A stretch of DNA of 64,000 bases from Mobula hypostoma (Eukaryota): NCBI RefSeq assembly GCF_963921235.1, contig NC_086097.1:107386001-107450000 (forward strand), given 5' to 3'. This document shows, piece after piece, positions 50,690 to 64,000 of the stretch. The translations under genes and the position numbers were made by a program. Below the pieces are notes generated by a model that worked only from the letters and a program-made list of their open reading frames with translations, made no database searches and was not told the DNA's origin. Within the stretch, counting starts at the first letter, position 1, and every line of letters starts with the position of its first letter.

Positions 50690-51340
50690 CCTAGGAGTGA
50701 ACATCCTGTCCTGATCCAACCACATACTATAGGTGCCACGGCTAAGAAAGCTCACCAGCACTTCTACTTCTTAGGTGGCTAAAGAAAGTTGACGTGCCCT
50801 CTTTGACCCTCACCAGTTTTTAATGATGTACTATAGCAAAAGCGTCCTATCCAAATGCACCATGGCTTGGTACAGCCACAGCTCTGCCCACAACAGAAAG
50901 AAAATGCAGAGTTTTCGCACAGCTCAGCACGTTATGGAAACCAACCTCTCCTCTGTGGACTCTTTCAACACTTCTTGCTGCTTTGCAAAGCAGCCAACAT
51001 CATCAAAGACCCACCACCCTGAGCATTCTCTCTTCTCCCCTCTCCCATCAGATAGAAAACACATAAACCTGAAGGCACATACCACCAGGTTCAAAGACAG
51101 TCTTGGTCAGTGTCCTAGTATGATTAGATGTACTCTTGATCTCAAAGCCTACCTGATTATGAACTTGCACCTTATTGTCGACCAGCACTGCATTTTCTCA
51201 TGTAATACTACACTCTGCCTTCTGCTATTGTTTTACTTTGTATTGTAATACAGTACTCTGTTATAATTAATATGTATGAACAATATTCAAGACAAGTTTT
51301 TACTGTACCTTGGTACATGTGACAACAATAAACCAATTTA
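50690..51340 (+). mobile_element. Rex1/Babar-type 3' fragment
   Basis: KKAHQHFYFL and HSLFSPLPS..HTTRFKDS motifs; AATAAACCAAT end. Confidence 0.65.
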
Positions 51341-51544
51341 CCAGGAGTCTGAGAGACATTCCCTCTCCAGTCCTACTATTGATGCAGGATCTTGATATGA
51401 AAGGTTGACAATTCTTTCTCCCACCTCCTCCTCCAAAGACATTATTTGATTTACACCAGTCATTTGTTATAGGTTCCAAGTTCCAGAACCGAGTATTTTA
51501 TGTCTCCAATTGCTCTGCCATGATGTAAAATAAAATTATTTATA

Positions 51545-51715
51545 AGTGCAACACACACAAACTCCTAGAGGAAACCGGCAGGCCAGGCAGCATCTATGGA
51601 ACAAAGCACAGTCGACATTTCAGGCCGAAACCCTTCGGCAAGACTCATAGCATTCCTCCTGCATTTTGTGTGTGTTGCTCAGATTTCCAGCATCTGCAGA
51701 TTTTCTTTTGTTTGT
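51545..51715. mobile_element. Two inverted short Penelope-like terminal pieces
   Basis: CAACACACACAAA...degenerate hammerhead, followed by TTTGTGTGTGTTG...CAGCATCTGCAG. Confidence 0.65.
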
Positions 51716-51742
51716 GGTCTGTTTTAATTTTAAGAAACAAAG

Positions 51743-52440
51743 GAACATAGAAAACCTACAGCACAATACAGGCCCTTCAGCCCACAAAGCTGTGCTGAAC
51801 ATGTCCTTACCTTAGAACTACCTAGGCTTACCCCATAGCCCTCTATTTTTCTAAGCTCCACGTAGCCATCCAGGAGTCTCTTTAAAAGATCCTATTGTAC
51901 GCGCCTCCACCACTGTCGCTGGCAGCCCATTCCACGCACTCACTACTCTCTGCATAAAAAAATTAACCCTGACATCTCCTCTGTATCTACTTTCAAGCAC
52001 CTTAAAACTATGCCCTCTTGTGCTAGCCATTTCAGCCTTGGGAGAAAGCCTCTGACTATCCACACGATCAATGTCTCTCATTATCTTGAACACCTCTCAT
52101 CCTCTGTCGCTCCAAGGAGAAAAGGCCAAGTTCACTCAACCTATTCTCATAAGGCATACTCCCCAATCCAGGCAACATCCTTGCAAATCTCCTCTGCACC
52201 CTTTCTATTATTTCCACATCCTCCCTGAAGTGAGGCGACTAGAATTGAGCACAGTACTCCAAGTGGGGTCTGACCAGGGTCCTGTATAGCTGTAACATTA
52301 CCTCTTGACTCTTAAACTCAATCCCACGATTGATGAAGGCCAATGCACCGCATGGCTTCTTAACCACAGAGTCAAACTGCATAGCAGCCTTGAGTGTCCT
52401 ATGGACTCAGACCCTAAGATCCCTCTGATCCTTCACACTC
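51743..52440 (-). mobile_element. CR1 3' part (young subfamily)
   Basis: Reverse copy of about 2445-3140. Confidence 0.92.
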
Positions 52441-52999
52441 AGAGATAAGGGATCCTGTGAATGAAACTCTATAATCTGGAATACTGAACCCCAGTTGTGA
52501 TTTTGCCCAGGTGAGATAACCACATGAATGTACACCAATAAAAAGGCGAATTGTGTGCTTCAGTTGAGAAAGCACATGATGGAACAAGTAATGTACCTGA
52601 CACACTGGATTTCCAGGCAAGTGTTGTGTGCAGATGTGGAAGCTGTTACACTGGAAAGAATGCAGGGAATAATTTAGAATGATGTCACTTGGATTGGAGG
52701 GTTTGAGCCATAAGGAGAGGCTGAGGCTTTTCCCTGGATTTTAGGAGGTTGAGGGGTAACCTTATAGAGGTATTTATTATCATGTGAGGGCATAGATAAG
52801 ATGAATGATCACCATCATGGTTCTGTACTTTACAGCCCCAAGACTTTATGCATCTTAGTGGTCAGAGTGAGCAGCAATCATTCCATACCATGTGGACCAC
52901 AAAGGAAATTTTAGATAACTGTAACAAGTTGGGAACAGGTCTGGAAGAACAGTCCATTGCTCAAATATCTGGGAGATTTCATATTAAACAGGCATAGAC

Positions 53000-53139
53000 C
53001 AGACATTCCACCTCTCCCGCAAGTTCAGGAAATCTCCCACATATTGATAGCAGCTCCCTTATGCCCGCAAATTATATACAATATCCTGGAAATTGATTTT
53101 TTTTGAGAGTGAGGGAGCGAGAGGGAGAGAGGGAGGGAG

Positions 53140-53176
<37 letters not shown>

Positions 53177-53988
53177 CAGACAGACAGACAGAGAGAGAGA
53201 GACAGAGACAGACAGAGACAGTGACAGAGCGAGCATCCTGATTGGTCTCTCTTTGTGCTAAGTAGATCTATCAGTTTTCTCTGTGGGCAGGCTTTACAGT
53301 CGACCTCTCTCTCTCTTTCATTGTCCATCAGTTCAGTTTAGTGTCCTGCAGCACCATGGCAGAGTGTTCCAAAAAAAAGAAAATATAAAACGTACATCAC
53401 CCCAGACTACACTAAAGCGTACCCCTGCCTATTAGGTGTCAAAAATAATGACAGTGTTGCTCACTGCGCTGTTTGAAACAGTGACTTTTCTATTGCCCAT
53501 GGTGGGTTAAATGACTGTAAAAGATATGTTGAGGTGAGTTTAACAGGTGTCATTCACATAGCTAACGTTATTAAACTAGCTGGCTTTATTGATGTCCTAC
53601 GTGATGAGGCCAAACTCCCTGTAGACTTGCTTAAAGTTGTAACAGAATAAAAAAAATGACTCCATGACAATATAATATAATATAATTGTGAATCTTGTGA
53701 ATCTGATGTCTTGCAAAATTAACAAATTCATTGACACAGACTGCTATGAGGTTGAGACTTCTGGCAAAATGCTCAAATCTGCCAAGCAAGCCACATCACA
53801 GTACAAGGAAAGTTTGCAAAAGAAATAGAAAAGCTATTAATTGTTGTGTTCTTTCATAATCAAATGTCCTGTATATGTACAACCTTGGAGGTCGACCGGG
53901 GGGGGGGGGGGGCAGGGATATGGGGTTGCGGGGGGTGGGGTGGTGGTGCTACCTCCCTGAATTGAGTTTTTGCAGGGTGGGATGTCTG
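53000..53988 (+). mobile_element. Non-autonomous hAT-like DNA transposon with a 6-bp TSD
   Basis: TIRs CAGACATTCCACC...GGTGGGATGTCTG; ATAGAC at 52994-52999 and 53989-53994; transposase N-terminus from ATG 53356 to a GAG/GTGAGT donor near 53533; C-terminus LMSCKINK...LKSAKQATSQYKESLQKK* at about 53703-53828. Confidence 0.88.
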
Positions 53989-54974
53989 ATAGACTGAACA
54001 ACTGTTCTGCTTGTCATTTTATTTACACTCTTGAAGGAGTGATAGAGAATTGGTTGGTACCACCTTAAGAATTGTAACTTGATCAGCAGTTCTCTGTTCA
54101 TAACACAATCTTTCTCCTTGTGGAGGCTTTCGGAAAGCCGATGTGTCTCTCATAGAAACATTGCTTTGAACACTATAAGTTCTTTTTTTAAAAAAACAAA
54201 ATATCTTTGATGGAAATAACAGCTAGCATCCAGTATCTTAGTGAATGAATGAAAGATACTAAGCTGATGTCCAAACGGGAATACGCAATCACTTTACAAC
54301 AGGATTTTCCGAATGTCTATGGATCAAGGTCACCTGAAGTGCAGCCACAGAACTGGCGGCTTGAATGCCTTGAATTACACTCAGAACATAGAGACATTAT
54401 AAATAAGAAACTAATTGCCAAAAGATACAAATACGGTGGTTCTTAAGTTACAAACAATCTGACATGCAAATTCTCTCATACATCTTTAAAAACAGTTTTT
54501 CAAGCTGATAATAGTAATAAAGTGTTTCTGGTGTACATTAATGACTGGATGTGGTATATATTTCATTAGTTTAATTATGAGCAGTGATAGGGTGATTATT
54601 CACTGAAGTGCACGTAGAACAATGATACCTGAGAAACAGATGTTTTCTATAGGTCATATGTTAACTTGACGACTCTCTGTATTGGGCAGACATTGACAAA
54701 ACTCTTGAAAGATTAGCTGTCAATATGTACAATCTGCTAAAAGTCTAGAACAAAACCATCAAAATGCTCTCCAAGATGGATTGGAGGTGGGTGACAAGAT
54801 TATTTCAGAGGGTCAATTTTAATTTTCCTCAAAATAGAAGCAACAAATTTTATAGTCCTTATCAAATTTCATTCTAATTGGATTGAAGTTAGATATGAAG
54901 AGTCATGTATCACAGCAGAATGTAAAAATTGGGAGCTGAGTCTTAGTTTTGCAGCCCATGGAACATCTTAAACC

Positions 54975-55820
54975 TGATTGTATAAATATTGATTTCTCCT
55001 TCCAGTAAGCATATTTTCCTCCCCCTTCCCTCTTCTTCTATTCCCCACTCTGGCCTCTTACCTCTTCTCACCTGCCTATCGCTTCCCCCTGGGTCCCTTT
55101 CCTTTCCCCTTTCTTCTATGACCCACTCTCCTCTCCTATCAGATCCAATAGGTTGAGTGAACTCGGCCTTTTCTCCTCGGAGCAATGGAGGATAAGAGGT
55201 GACCTGATAGAGGTGTACAAGATAATGAGAGGAATTGATCGTGTAGCTAGTCAGAGGCTTTTCCCCAGGGCTGAAATGGCTAGCACGAGAGGACATAGTT
55301 TTATGATGCTTGGAAGAGGGTACAGAGGAGATGTCAGCGGTAGGTTTTTTACGCAGGAGTGGTGAGTACGTGGAATGGGCTGCCAGCGGCGGTGGTCGAG
55401 GCGGAAACGATAGGGTCTTTTAAGAGACTCCTGGATGGATACATGGAGCTTAGAAAAATAGGGGGCTATGGGTAAAGCCTAGGTAGTTCTAATATAAGTA
55501 CATGTTCGGCACAGCTTTGTGGATCGAAGGGCCTGTATTGTGCTGTAGGTTTTCTATGTTTCTATGTTTCCTTCCTCTCTAGCGCTTTACCTTTCCCACC
55601 CAGGCTTCACCTATCACTTCTATCTACCTAGCCTCCTTCCTCTTCCCCCATTTTTTTATTCTGGCATCTTCCCCCTTCCTTTTTAGTCCTGAAGAAGGGT
55701 CTCAGCACAAGACATCGACTGTTTATTCATCTCCATAGATGCTGCCTGACTGGCTGAGCTCCTCCAGCATGTTGTATGTGTTGCTTTGTATTTCCAGCAT
55801 CTGCAGACTTTCTCATGTAC
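54975..55820 (+). mobile_element. Penelope-like 3' fragment split by a CR1
   Basis: Pyrimidine-rich UTR, degenerate hammerhead at 55685-55720 and terminal CCAGCATCTGCAG. Confidence 0.75.
55148..55569 (+). mobile_element. CR1 short 3' copy
   Basis: ELGLFS..RGDLIEVYKIMRG; (TTCTATGT)n tail. Confidence 0.92.
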
Positions 55821-56721
55821 CTGAAAGCATGGTGTCAAATTACAGACCTAAATTCACATCATATAGTTTGACGACATGAGATGCAACAGTAGAAGCATTC
55901 AAAGGTCAAAGGTCCAATTTAATGTCAGAGAAATGTACTGTATACAATATATATCCTGAAATACTTTTTCTTCATGAATAGCACCATACCCTTTAGAGCC
56001 TACATGTCCTCTTAGAAGTCTTGAAGAGGTAAGTTTAACTATAAACCCCTAGATAACCAATTTCAAGAGTTGTACAACACTATATTTTACCTCAGAATTA
56101 ACTCCAAGAAAGCTGCTGTTCTGTTGACTGTAGCATGTGCACCATTGAAGTTCATTACAGCCCAGTTTGGAGTAGACAATGGAAAGACATAGCTGAAACA
56201 CAAACAACAGTTTAATTTACATTGTAAGAACTCACTGAAATGATGCAACGAGAAGCAGTTAAGACAGATGGTCAAATAAGAATGCTGTGTTCAGTATGCA
56301 GGTATGACACACTGAAGCAGAACATTAATAAGATACTAAAATATGCCTTTCTCAACACAAAAATCAGGGTAGAGCAGGTACACAGAAATGCTGTGTTCCC
56401 CCTGCAGAAGCTAGCAAATCCATCGCCAAACCTCCTGCCAGTCTTCCAAATGCTCATTCATGTGTACAGGGTATCCTTAAGCTGGGTATTCGTAAGGTGG
56501 GGAGGATCTGTACCGAAGAGCCAACAGCAAGTTGAATCAGGATATCACATACTGTATGTGATGTAGGTCCAAGTGGGAGATCTCAGCCCACAATAAATGA
56601 AGTATACCTAATCGCTCCTGGAGATTATCGCCCAGCATCACTGGTTTATAAACAGCCTCTAAATACACAGTTGTTTCTCTGCCTTCCAAGCTTACCCTTC
56701 TGCTTTTAAGACTGTTTTTAT

Positions 56722-57320
56722 GATTCAAGATTCTAGATTGCTTAATGTCATTTCCAGTACACAAGCACAAGGGAGAACAAAATAATTGCTACTCTGGATC
56801 TGTTGCAGCACAAAAAAACCGGAATAAGATAAAGAACACAATAATAAAAAAACACAATAAATATAAGTACATAAAATAGCTTGTATGTGTAGATTGATTT
56901 TATGTCCATAAAGTGACACTAGACACAGGAGTGGCTGTACATAAGGTGAGTGACAGGAAATGATAAAGTAGTGATGGTTGGGGGGGGGTTTGTGGAGAGT
57001 TGGGTTCATGGGTGGAGGTGTTGATCAGCCTTACTGCTTGGGGAAAGAAATTGTTTATGAGTCTAGTCATCCTAGCATGGAATCTACATAGCCTCCTCTC
57101 TGATGGGAGTGAGACATGAGCAGGGTAGGTGGGATCCGTCATGATGTTGTTGGGTCTTTTCTGGAGCCTTTCTGTATATCTGTCCTTGGTGCTGATGACG
57201 TGTTGAGCAGTTTTCTCTACCTATTGTAGAGCTTTCCTGTCTGCTGCAGTACAGTTTCTGTACCATGCAGTGATACAGCACGTTAGGATGCTCTCTACTG
57301 TGCATCTGTAGAATGACGTG
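56722..57320 (-). mobile_element. Rex1/Babar-type 3' fragment
   Basis: FYRCTVESILT and NNFFPQAVRLIN motifs; TCTTGAA-type tail. Confidence 0.75.
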
Positions 57321-57544
57321 AGCTCCTTTATAAACCCTCTACCTTCTCAATCCGCTTCTACCTTTTTCAACTATGAAACCGCTGTGAGGTTGCCTTCACC
57401 TTGCCAAATTAGTTTAACTACTGTGCAATGTCATTAGCATACCTCCCATAAAAATATTTGGCTTTGGTTATGTTGAGGAGTAACCCATTTCATTTGTGTA
57501 GATCCTATCTCTCGCATTTATCCCAGAACAAACCCTAATTCACT

Positions 57545-57915
57545 GTGGCTGGCCGAATCAGAGGTGGTGATGAATCGGCATATCAGAGGGAGATTGAAAA
57601 TCTGGCTGAATTGTGCCACAACAATAACCTTTCACTCAATGCTATCAAAATCAAAGAGCTGATTGACTATAGCAGGAAGAAACTGGAGGTCTATGAGCCA
57701 GACCTCATCAGAGGATCGGAAGCAAAGAGGATCAGTAACCTTAAATTCCTTGGTATTATCATTTCAGGGGATCTGTCCTGGAACCAGCATGTGAGTACCA
57801 TTACAGAGAAGGTATGGCAGCGCCTCTATTTTTGTAGAAGTTTGCACAGATTTGTCATCCCATCTAAAACTTTGACAAACTTCTTTAGATGCACTTGGAG
57901 GGCATCCTGACTGGC
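57545..57915 (+). mobile_element. Rex1/Babar-type RT C-terminal fragment
   Basis: DESAYQREIENLAELCHNNNLSLN; QRLYF. Confidence 0.8.
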
Positions 57916-57939
57916 TCTCAAAGTAAATTCAAATTTCAA

Positions 57940-58700
57940 AGTGGTGGTTCGTCCATCATTGTCGATGAAGACCTCGACACCATTAGTCACTTTGAGACTG
58001 GATGCGGTGTGTCCGAAGATGACTGGTCAGGCCAATTCGGGCACGGAATGTCCTGGCACATGTTGGGCAGACATGTGTAGGCACTGCAGTTGTTGTGCTG
58101 GTGGCTCTGGACTTGCGCAGCTCGCGCTCATGTTGTGTTTCAGCAATGCGCCTTGCTTCCTAAGCTTGACAGCCCTTGCGGATGAGGCCGCGCCAGGTAG
58201 GGTGGTTTTGTGCCAGTGTTTCCCAAGAGGTCGTGTCTATGTCAAATGACTTCAGGGAGGCCTTTAGTGTGTCTTTGTAACGTTTCTTCTGCCCCCCCCC
58301 ATGCGTGCTTCTTCTAGCAGAGAGTTCCCCAAAAAGGAGCTGCTTGGATATGAGCTCGTCTGACATGGGGATGACATGACCTGCCCACCCGGTCTGTGCT
58401 CTCATCAGCAGTGTGTGGACTGATTGTAGACTTGTTCGAGAGAGAACTTCAGTGTCTGGTACTTTATCTTGCCATCTGATGCCTAATATTCTGCGAAGAC
58501 AAGTCATGTGGAAATGGTTGAGCTGTCTTGCATGCCTTCGATACACAGTCCACGTTTCACAGGCATATAGGAGGGTAGTGAGTACCACGGCACTGTAGAC
58601 CTTCAGTTTTATTGCTGGACTGATTCCTCGACGTTCCCATACAGTGGAGTGCAGTCTACCGAAAGCAGAACTTGCCTTTGCTATTCTTCAGTTAACTTCT
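57940..58700 (-). mobile_element. RTE-clade (BovB-like) LINE 3' part
   Basis: VLTTLLYACETWTVYRRHARQLNHFHMTCLRRILGIRWQD, WAGHV and GGQKKRYKDTLK motifs; C-terminal CPTC..C knuckle. Confidence 0.88.
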
Positions 58701-59019
58701 GTATCAATAGTCACATTTCAAAGTAAATTTATTATAAAAGTACATATAATGTATGCCTCCATGTACTACCCTGAGGTACATTTTTTTGCAGGCATTCACA
58801 GTAGATACAAAGAAACACAATAGAATCAATGAAAAACTGCACACAAAGATGGACAAACAACCAACATGCAAAGAAAGACAAACTCTGCAAATACAGGGGA
58901 AAAACATGAGTTGCACAGTCCTTGAAAATGAGTCCATAGCTTTTGGAATAGTTCAGTTTTGAGGTGAGTGAAATTATTCACACAAAGTTTGAGGGTATTG
59001 TAGATACAAAGTTTGGGGG

Positions 59020-59843
59020 TAATGACACCAAGGTTAGGCGTGTTGTGGATAGTGTGGAGGGCTGTCAGAGGTTACAGCAGGACATTTGTAGGATGCAAAA
59101 CTGGGCTGAGAAATGGTAGATGGAGTTCAACCTGGATAAGTGTGAGGGGGTTCATTTTGGTAGGTCAAATATGATGGCAGAATATAGTATTAATGGTAAG
59201 ACTCTTGGCAGTGTGGAGGATCAGAGGGATCTTGGGGTCCGAGTCCATAAGACACTCAAAGCTGTTATGCAGGTTGACTCTGTGGTTAAGAAAGCATACG
59301 GTGCATTGGCCTTCATCAATCGTGCAAGTGAGTTTAGGAGCCGACAGGTATTGTTACAGCTATATAGGACCCTGGTCAGACTCCACTTGGAGTACTGTGC
59401 TCAGTTCTGGTCGCGTCACTTTAGGAAGGACGTGGAAACCGTAGAAAGGGTGCAGAGGAGATTTACAAGGATGGTGCCTGGATTGGGGAGCATGCCTTAT
59501 GAAAAAAGGTTGAGTGGGCTCGGCCTTTTCTCCTTGGAGCAGCAGAAGATGAGAGGTGACCTGATAGAGGTGTATAGGATGATGAGAGGCATTGATCATG
59601 TGGATAGTCAGAGGCTTTTTCCCAGGGCTGAAATGGCTAGCATGAGAGGGCACAGTTTTAAGGTGCTTGGAAGTAGGTACAAAGGAGATGTCAGGGGTAA
59701 ATTTTTTATGCAGAGAGTGGTGAGTGCGTGGAATGAAGCTGCCGGCAATGTGGTGGAGGCAGCTATGATAGGGTCTTTTACGAGACTCCTGGACAGGTAC
59801 ATGGAGCTCAGAAAAATAGAGGGCTATGGGTAACCCTAGGTAA
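59020..59843 (+). mobile_element. CR1 RT C-terminal part lacking the 3' tail
   Basis: 237-aa ORF 59120-59833, near-identical to 2343-3055. Confidence 0.93.
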
Positions 59844-61971
59844 TCATGTCTCTACAGCCCTCCATTTTCCCCATCAGCCATACACTTATTGGCACTAACT
59901 TCCTATTTCCTATCTTACACCCTCTTTCTCACTACGATTCAAATAAGATGTTCTTTATTCTTCTAGATAGAATTTTTGAGAACCCTTTCACTTCTCTGAC
60001 TAAACTGTCCTTGAAGTGCCCTTGCCAATTCCCCAAATAATACATTCTTGGAAGCAAATGGATAGAGAGGCCTTAATGTTGGTACTGTCCTGATGTACAG
60101 CTACTTGTGCAATTAGCAACTTTAAAGAGCACACAATGTTAAAATCGTTGTAGTACCTAAAAGAAATCAGAAATTAGTTGATATTTTTCTTAAAATAGTA
60201 CAGACAGGAATCCTTCCTATGACTGAACATGAATTAGAATTAAAATTAAAACTGTTAGCTAGAACATTGGGTTCCAAAATGGTCATGTTGTCCTTAAAAT
60301 CAGCATCATATCTTAATTGACATTGTCTAGCTGTTCTGTATTTTTCCAAGAGGCAGTTAGCATTATCAACAACCTCACAAGTATCAGAGATGCCATAAAA
60401 TTGTCTCATAAATTGAAACTGATTTGACACCATAGCATAAACACCATAAAACTGATTTTTATGAATTCAGATTCTATGCTGAATTTGCAAGTTACAGTTT
60501 TGCTCCTTTAGCATCATGATTACATTTGCACATCACTTGAAAATGATCATAAATTTACTAACTATTCATTATAGTATTCATAATAGTCACTTTCCTTTCC
60601 ATTGTTTTTATACTAATTGGTTCAAGATTACATTATATTTGAAACATTCTGTGTAGCTAATGGCTTTGTATTAACTATGGCTTCATGCTGCTCTGTTCCT
60701 CCCACTGTAACTGGAGGAGATATGGCAATCAAATTCTCTGAATCTGGGAGCTTCAATAGATTTTTGGTAGATGACGGATGAAACCTATCTTGCTGAGTGA
60801 GACATGAATGAAACTGCAGGTGATATATGATAAAATGCGGTGGCATAGACTAATCAGTCCTGACCTTTCTCTCCATGATGTCACACGGATGCAGGTGGCT
60901 TGTTACTGAAATTCCCAGATACAGAGAAAAGGACTGTGCATTGTCAGGAGTAACAGAGTCTTTTTATCTTTTCCATCTGTGTGGTCCTGACTGTGATTTT
61001 GTTGGACTTCAGCCATCGCAACCCTATGCCCTTCCTGATAGCTTTTTTGTACAGCAGCCATCTGTTTAATTAGCCTGCAGGCTTGTTTTTTCCCTTCAGT
61101 ATCCTTTCTCCAGGTTAGTATCTTCAATTCCCAATGTATAAATGATTTTCTTCCAATAGATTAAAGTTAGCAGTGATAATAGATAATAATTTATACTGTA
61201 TGTTAGGGAAAGAAAGTTTGGCTCCAGTTTTTGAAGCAAGGATTTTTTAAAAACTCAGTAATCTCTTCTTGACTATCAGTTACTATTTCAACTAAAAACA
61301 TTTGACATCTGGTCTACAAAGAGGACAATTGACCAAGGTATCTTTGATTAAAACAAAAAAGCTAACAGGCTCATTGGATTGGTACAGTTTCAAAGTCGAC
61401 TGAAAGGTTCTCTCATCGCCAGCAAATAGAAAAGACTTTCTTTACCCAGCCACCCAGCCTTCCAAAAATGAGTTCCTTGGATGTTAGTCTTGCAACTCTT
61501 AATGCTGAAGGGCTAACACATATAACTAAAAATAATCAGCAATTCTGAATGGCATCCAATTATCAAATTAATCTTTCAACATGTTGAAGGTTCTGAGTAA
61601 ATTGATTTTGCATTAATCCTTACACTGGCAAATAGACTCTCAACAGTGTCCTGTACAAAAATGTTGAGTTGAAGATATGAGTAATGGAGGCAATCAACCG
61701 GCCAGTAACAACACGAAAGCTCGGAATCTTCAAAAACCCTTGGTGTAGGAGTTCAATTTGCTAAAATGATGCATACTACAATGAAGGTTGAGCGAGTGAA
61801 TCATATTAGCCCAGTGTTTATCTACACACTACCAATCACAAAATTTTGCCCATTAATGTACCAAGTTAATTTAATAACTTAAGGAATTCTTACTACCAAG
61901 GGTCTCTAGCAGGAGCCAACTGAAGTAAAGCTTGAAAGCTGAAACTCATCGCCTTCAACCACTGCTGGAAG

Positions 61972-63170
61972 TTCAGAATCAGGTATAATCTCATTGGCAT
62001 GTGTCATGAAATTTGTTGTTTTTGTAGCAGCAGTACAATGCAATATGTACATAATAATAAACTGTGAATTACAGTAAATACATATATAATAAGTAGTTAA
62101 GCAGTGTAACAGAGTAGTGAGGTAGTGTTCATGGGTTCAATGTCCATCAGATATCGTATGGCAGAGGGGAAGAAGCTTTTCCTGAATTGTTGAGTGTGTA
62201 CCTTCGGGCTCCTGAAGCTCCTTCATGATGGCAGCAATGAGAAGAGGACATAGAACATAGAACATAGAATAGTACACACATTACAGGCCCTTCGGCCCAC
62301 AATGTTGTGCTGACCCTCAAACCCTGCCTCCCAATAACCCCTCACCTTAAATTCCTCCATATACCTGTCTAGCAGTTTCTTAAACTTCACTAGTGTATCT
62401 GCCTCCACCACTGACTCAGGCAGTGAATTCCACACACCAAACACTCGCTGAGTAAAAAACCTTCCTCTAATATCCCCCTTGAACTTCCCATCCCTTACCT
62501 TACAGCCATGTCCTCTTGTATTGAGCAGTGGTGCTCTGGGGAAGAGGCGCTGGCTATCCACTCTATCTATTCCTCTTAATATCTTGTACACCTCTATCAT
62601 GTCTCCTCTCATCCTCCATTTCTCCAAAGAGTAAAGCCCTAGCTCGCTTAATCTCTGATCATAATGCATACTCTCTGAACCAGGCAGCATCCTGGTAAAT
62701 CTCCTCTGTACCCTTTCCAATGCTTCCACATCCTGCATATACTGAGGCAACCAGAACTGGACACAGTACTCCAAGTGTGGCCTAACCAGAATTTTATAGT
62801 GCTGCATCATTACCTTGCAACTCTTAAACTCTATCCCTCGACTTATGAAAGCTAACACCCCATAAGCTTTCTTAACTACCCTATCTACCTGTGAGGTAAC
62901 TTTCAGGGATCTGTGGACATGTACCCCGAGATCCCTCTGCTCCTCCACACTACCAAGTATCCTGCCACCAGTGAGATGCCTCATTGAAGAAGTCCTGGTT
63001 GCTATGGAGGCTAGTGGAGCTGACTGAGTTCACAACTTTCTGCCGCTTCTTTAGATCCTGTGCAGTAGCGCCCCTCCCATAGAAATGGGTGAAAATTTGT
63101 GAGTGTCTTTGGTGACACGTAAAATCTCCTCAAACTCCGAATGAAATATAGCCACTGTAGTGCCTTCTTT
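61972..63170 (-). mobile_element. Rex1/Babar-type 3' fragment interrupted by a CR1
   Basis: 3' UTR like 17700-17940; HYSGYISFGVxGDF-type scrap at about 63120-63170. Confidence 0.6.
62249..62965 (-). mobile_element. CR1 3' part, (TTCTATG)n subfamily
   Basis: Uninterrupted ORF EEQRDLGV...VRPHLEYCVQFW...RMRGDMIEVYK. Confidence 0.93.
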
Positions 63171-64000
63171 CTGTTTGATAAGATTTTAAGTTTTACTGAT
63201 GCATAGAAAACTAAAGACAGGAACTGATTCCCTGATTCTTGTTCTCATATTCTTTAGCTAAACCAGTAGATTTGAGAAATGCCGGATCGATCAGTCTAAA
63301 ACGACATCCAAATCAGTATAGAAAAGCAGGTGAATAAATAACAGAAAATAGTTCACCAGGAGCCTTGATGCAGTCCTATAGTCAGGATGAGGGAAGTTAT
63401 TTCTTCACTTATACATCATAAGCTTTCATTTATCTGCAACATTAACACTCACTGTAGATGCCTACTGACCTGCAGAGTAATTCCAACATACAGTATTGTG
63501 TTTTTTATTTCATTCCCATTGATATGCGGAGGAAACCTGCTGGAAAGGTATGGTTACCATTATATAAAACATACACTTCCAGCATTCATGGACTCACAAG
63601 GTTACACAGCACTGAGACAACCCAACTCATCCATACTAACCAAGATGCCTACGTAAGCAAATCTAATTTGCCTGTATTTAGCCCTTATGTTTCAACCTTT
63701 CCCCTCTATGTAAATGTTTTTTAAATGTTCTAGTTTCACTTGTCTCTACCACATTCCATATGCACACTTGCCCAAGGGTGACTTACAGGCTAGCAGAGGG
63801 AAGGAGCGCCTTACACCTCCTTTGGTAGAGACATATTGTTAGTCCTATTATTGCCAACCTCTTCTTATATCTCAAGACCTCCAGTTTAGGCAACACTCTT
63901 GTGAATCTTTACTTCAGACTCTCTGGCTTAATCACATACTTCTGATAGAGCCATGGACAATACAGAATGGATCCAAGCCTTTCAGCCCAACGAGCCATGC

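Noticed and set aside
61575..61588. Perfect 14-bp palindrome TTCAACATGTTGAA
   Set aside because: A few palindromes of this length are expected by chance in 64 kb

Overview
This is eukaryotic, repeat-dominated genomic DNA. The repeat complement looks like a vertebrate, most likely a cartilaginous fish such as a ray or shark (inference from the families seen, not a database match). I found no convincing intact host gene. Nearly all long ORFs belong to decayed transposons: many CR1 LINEs, Rex1/Babar-type, L2, RTE and RTE-X LINEs, Penelope-like elements carrying minimal hammerhead ribozymes, two hAT-like DNA transposon derivatives with 6-bp TSDs, and solo LTRs. The most notable structure is a nested LTR complex at 25262-34347. 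An old Gypsy element (5-bp TSD CTGAC) has its RT-RNaseH-integrase core replaced, in sense orientation, by an intronless fragment of the host splicing-factor mRNA RBM25, a candidate case of LTR-retrotransposon gene capture. A younger Gmr1-like Gypsy element (PR-IN-RT-RH order, tRNA-Pro-like PBS, 4-bp TSD ATCA) later inserted into its gag. Boundaries of degenerate repeats were read by eye and are approximate.
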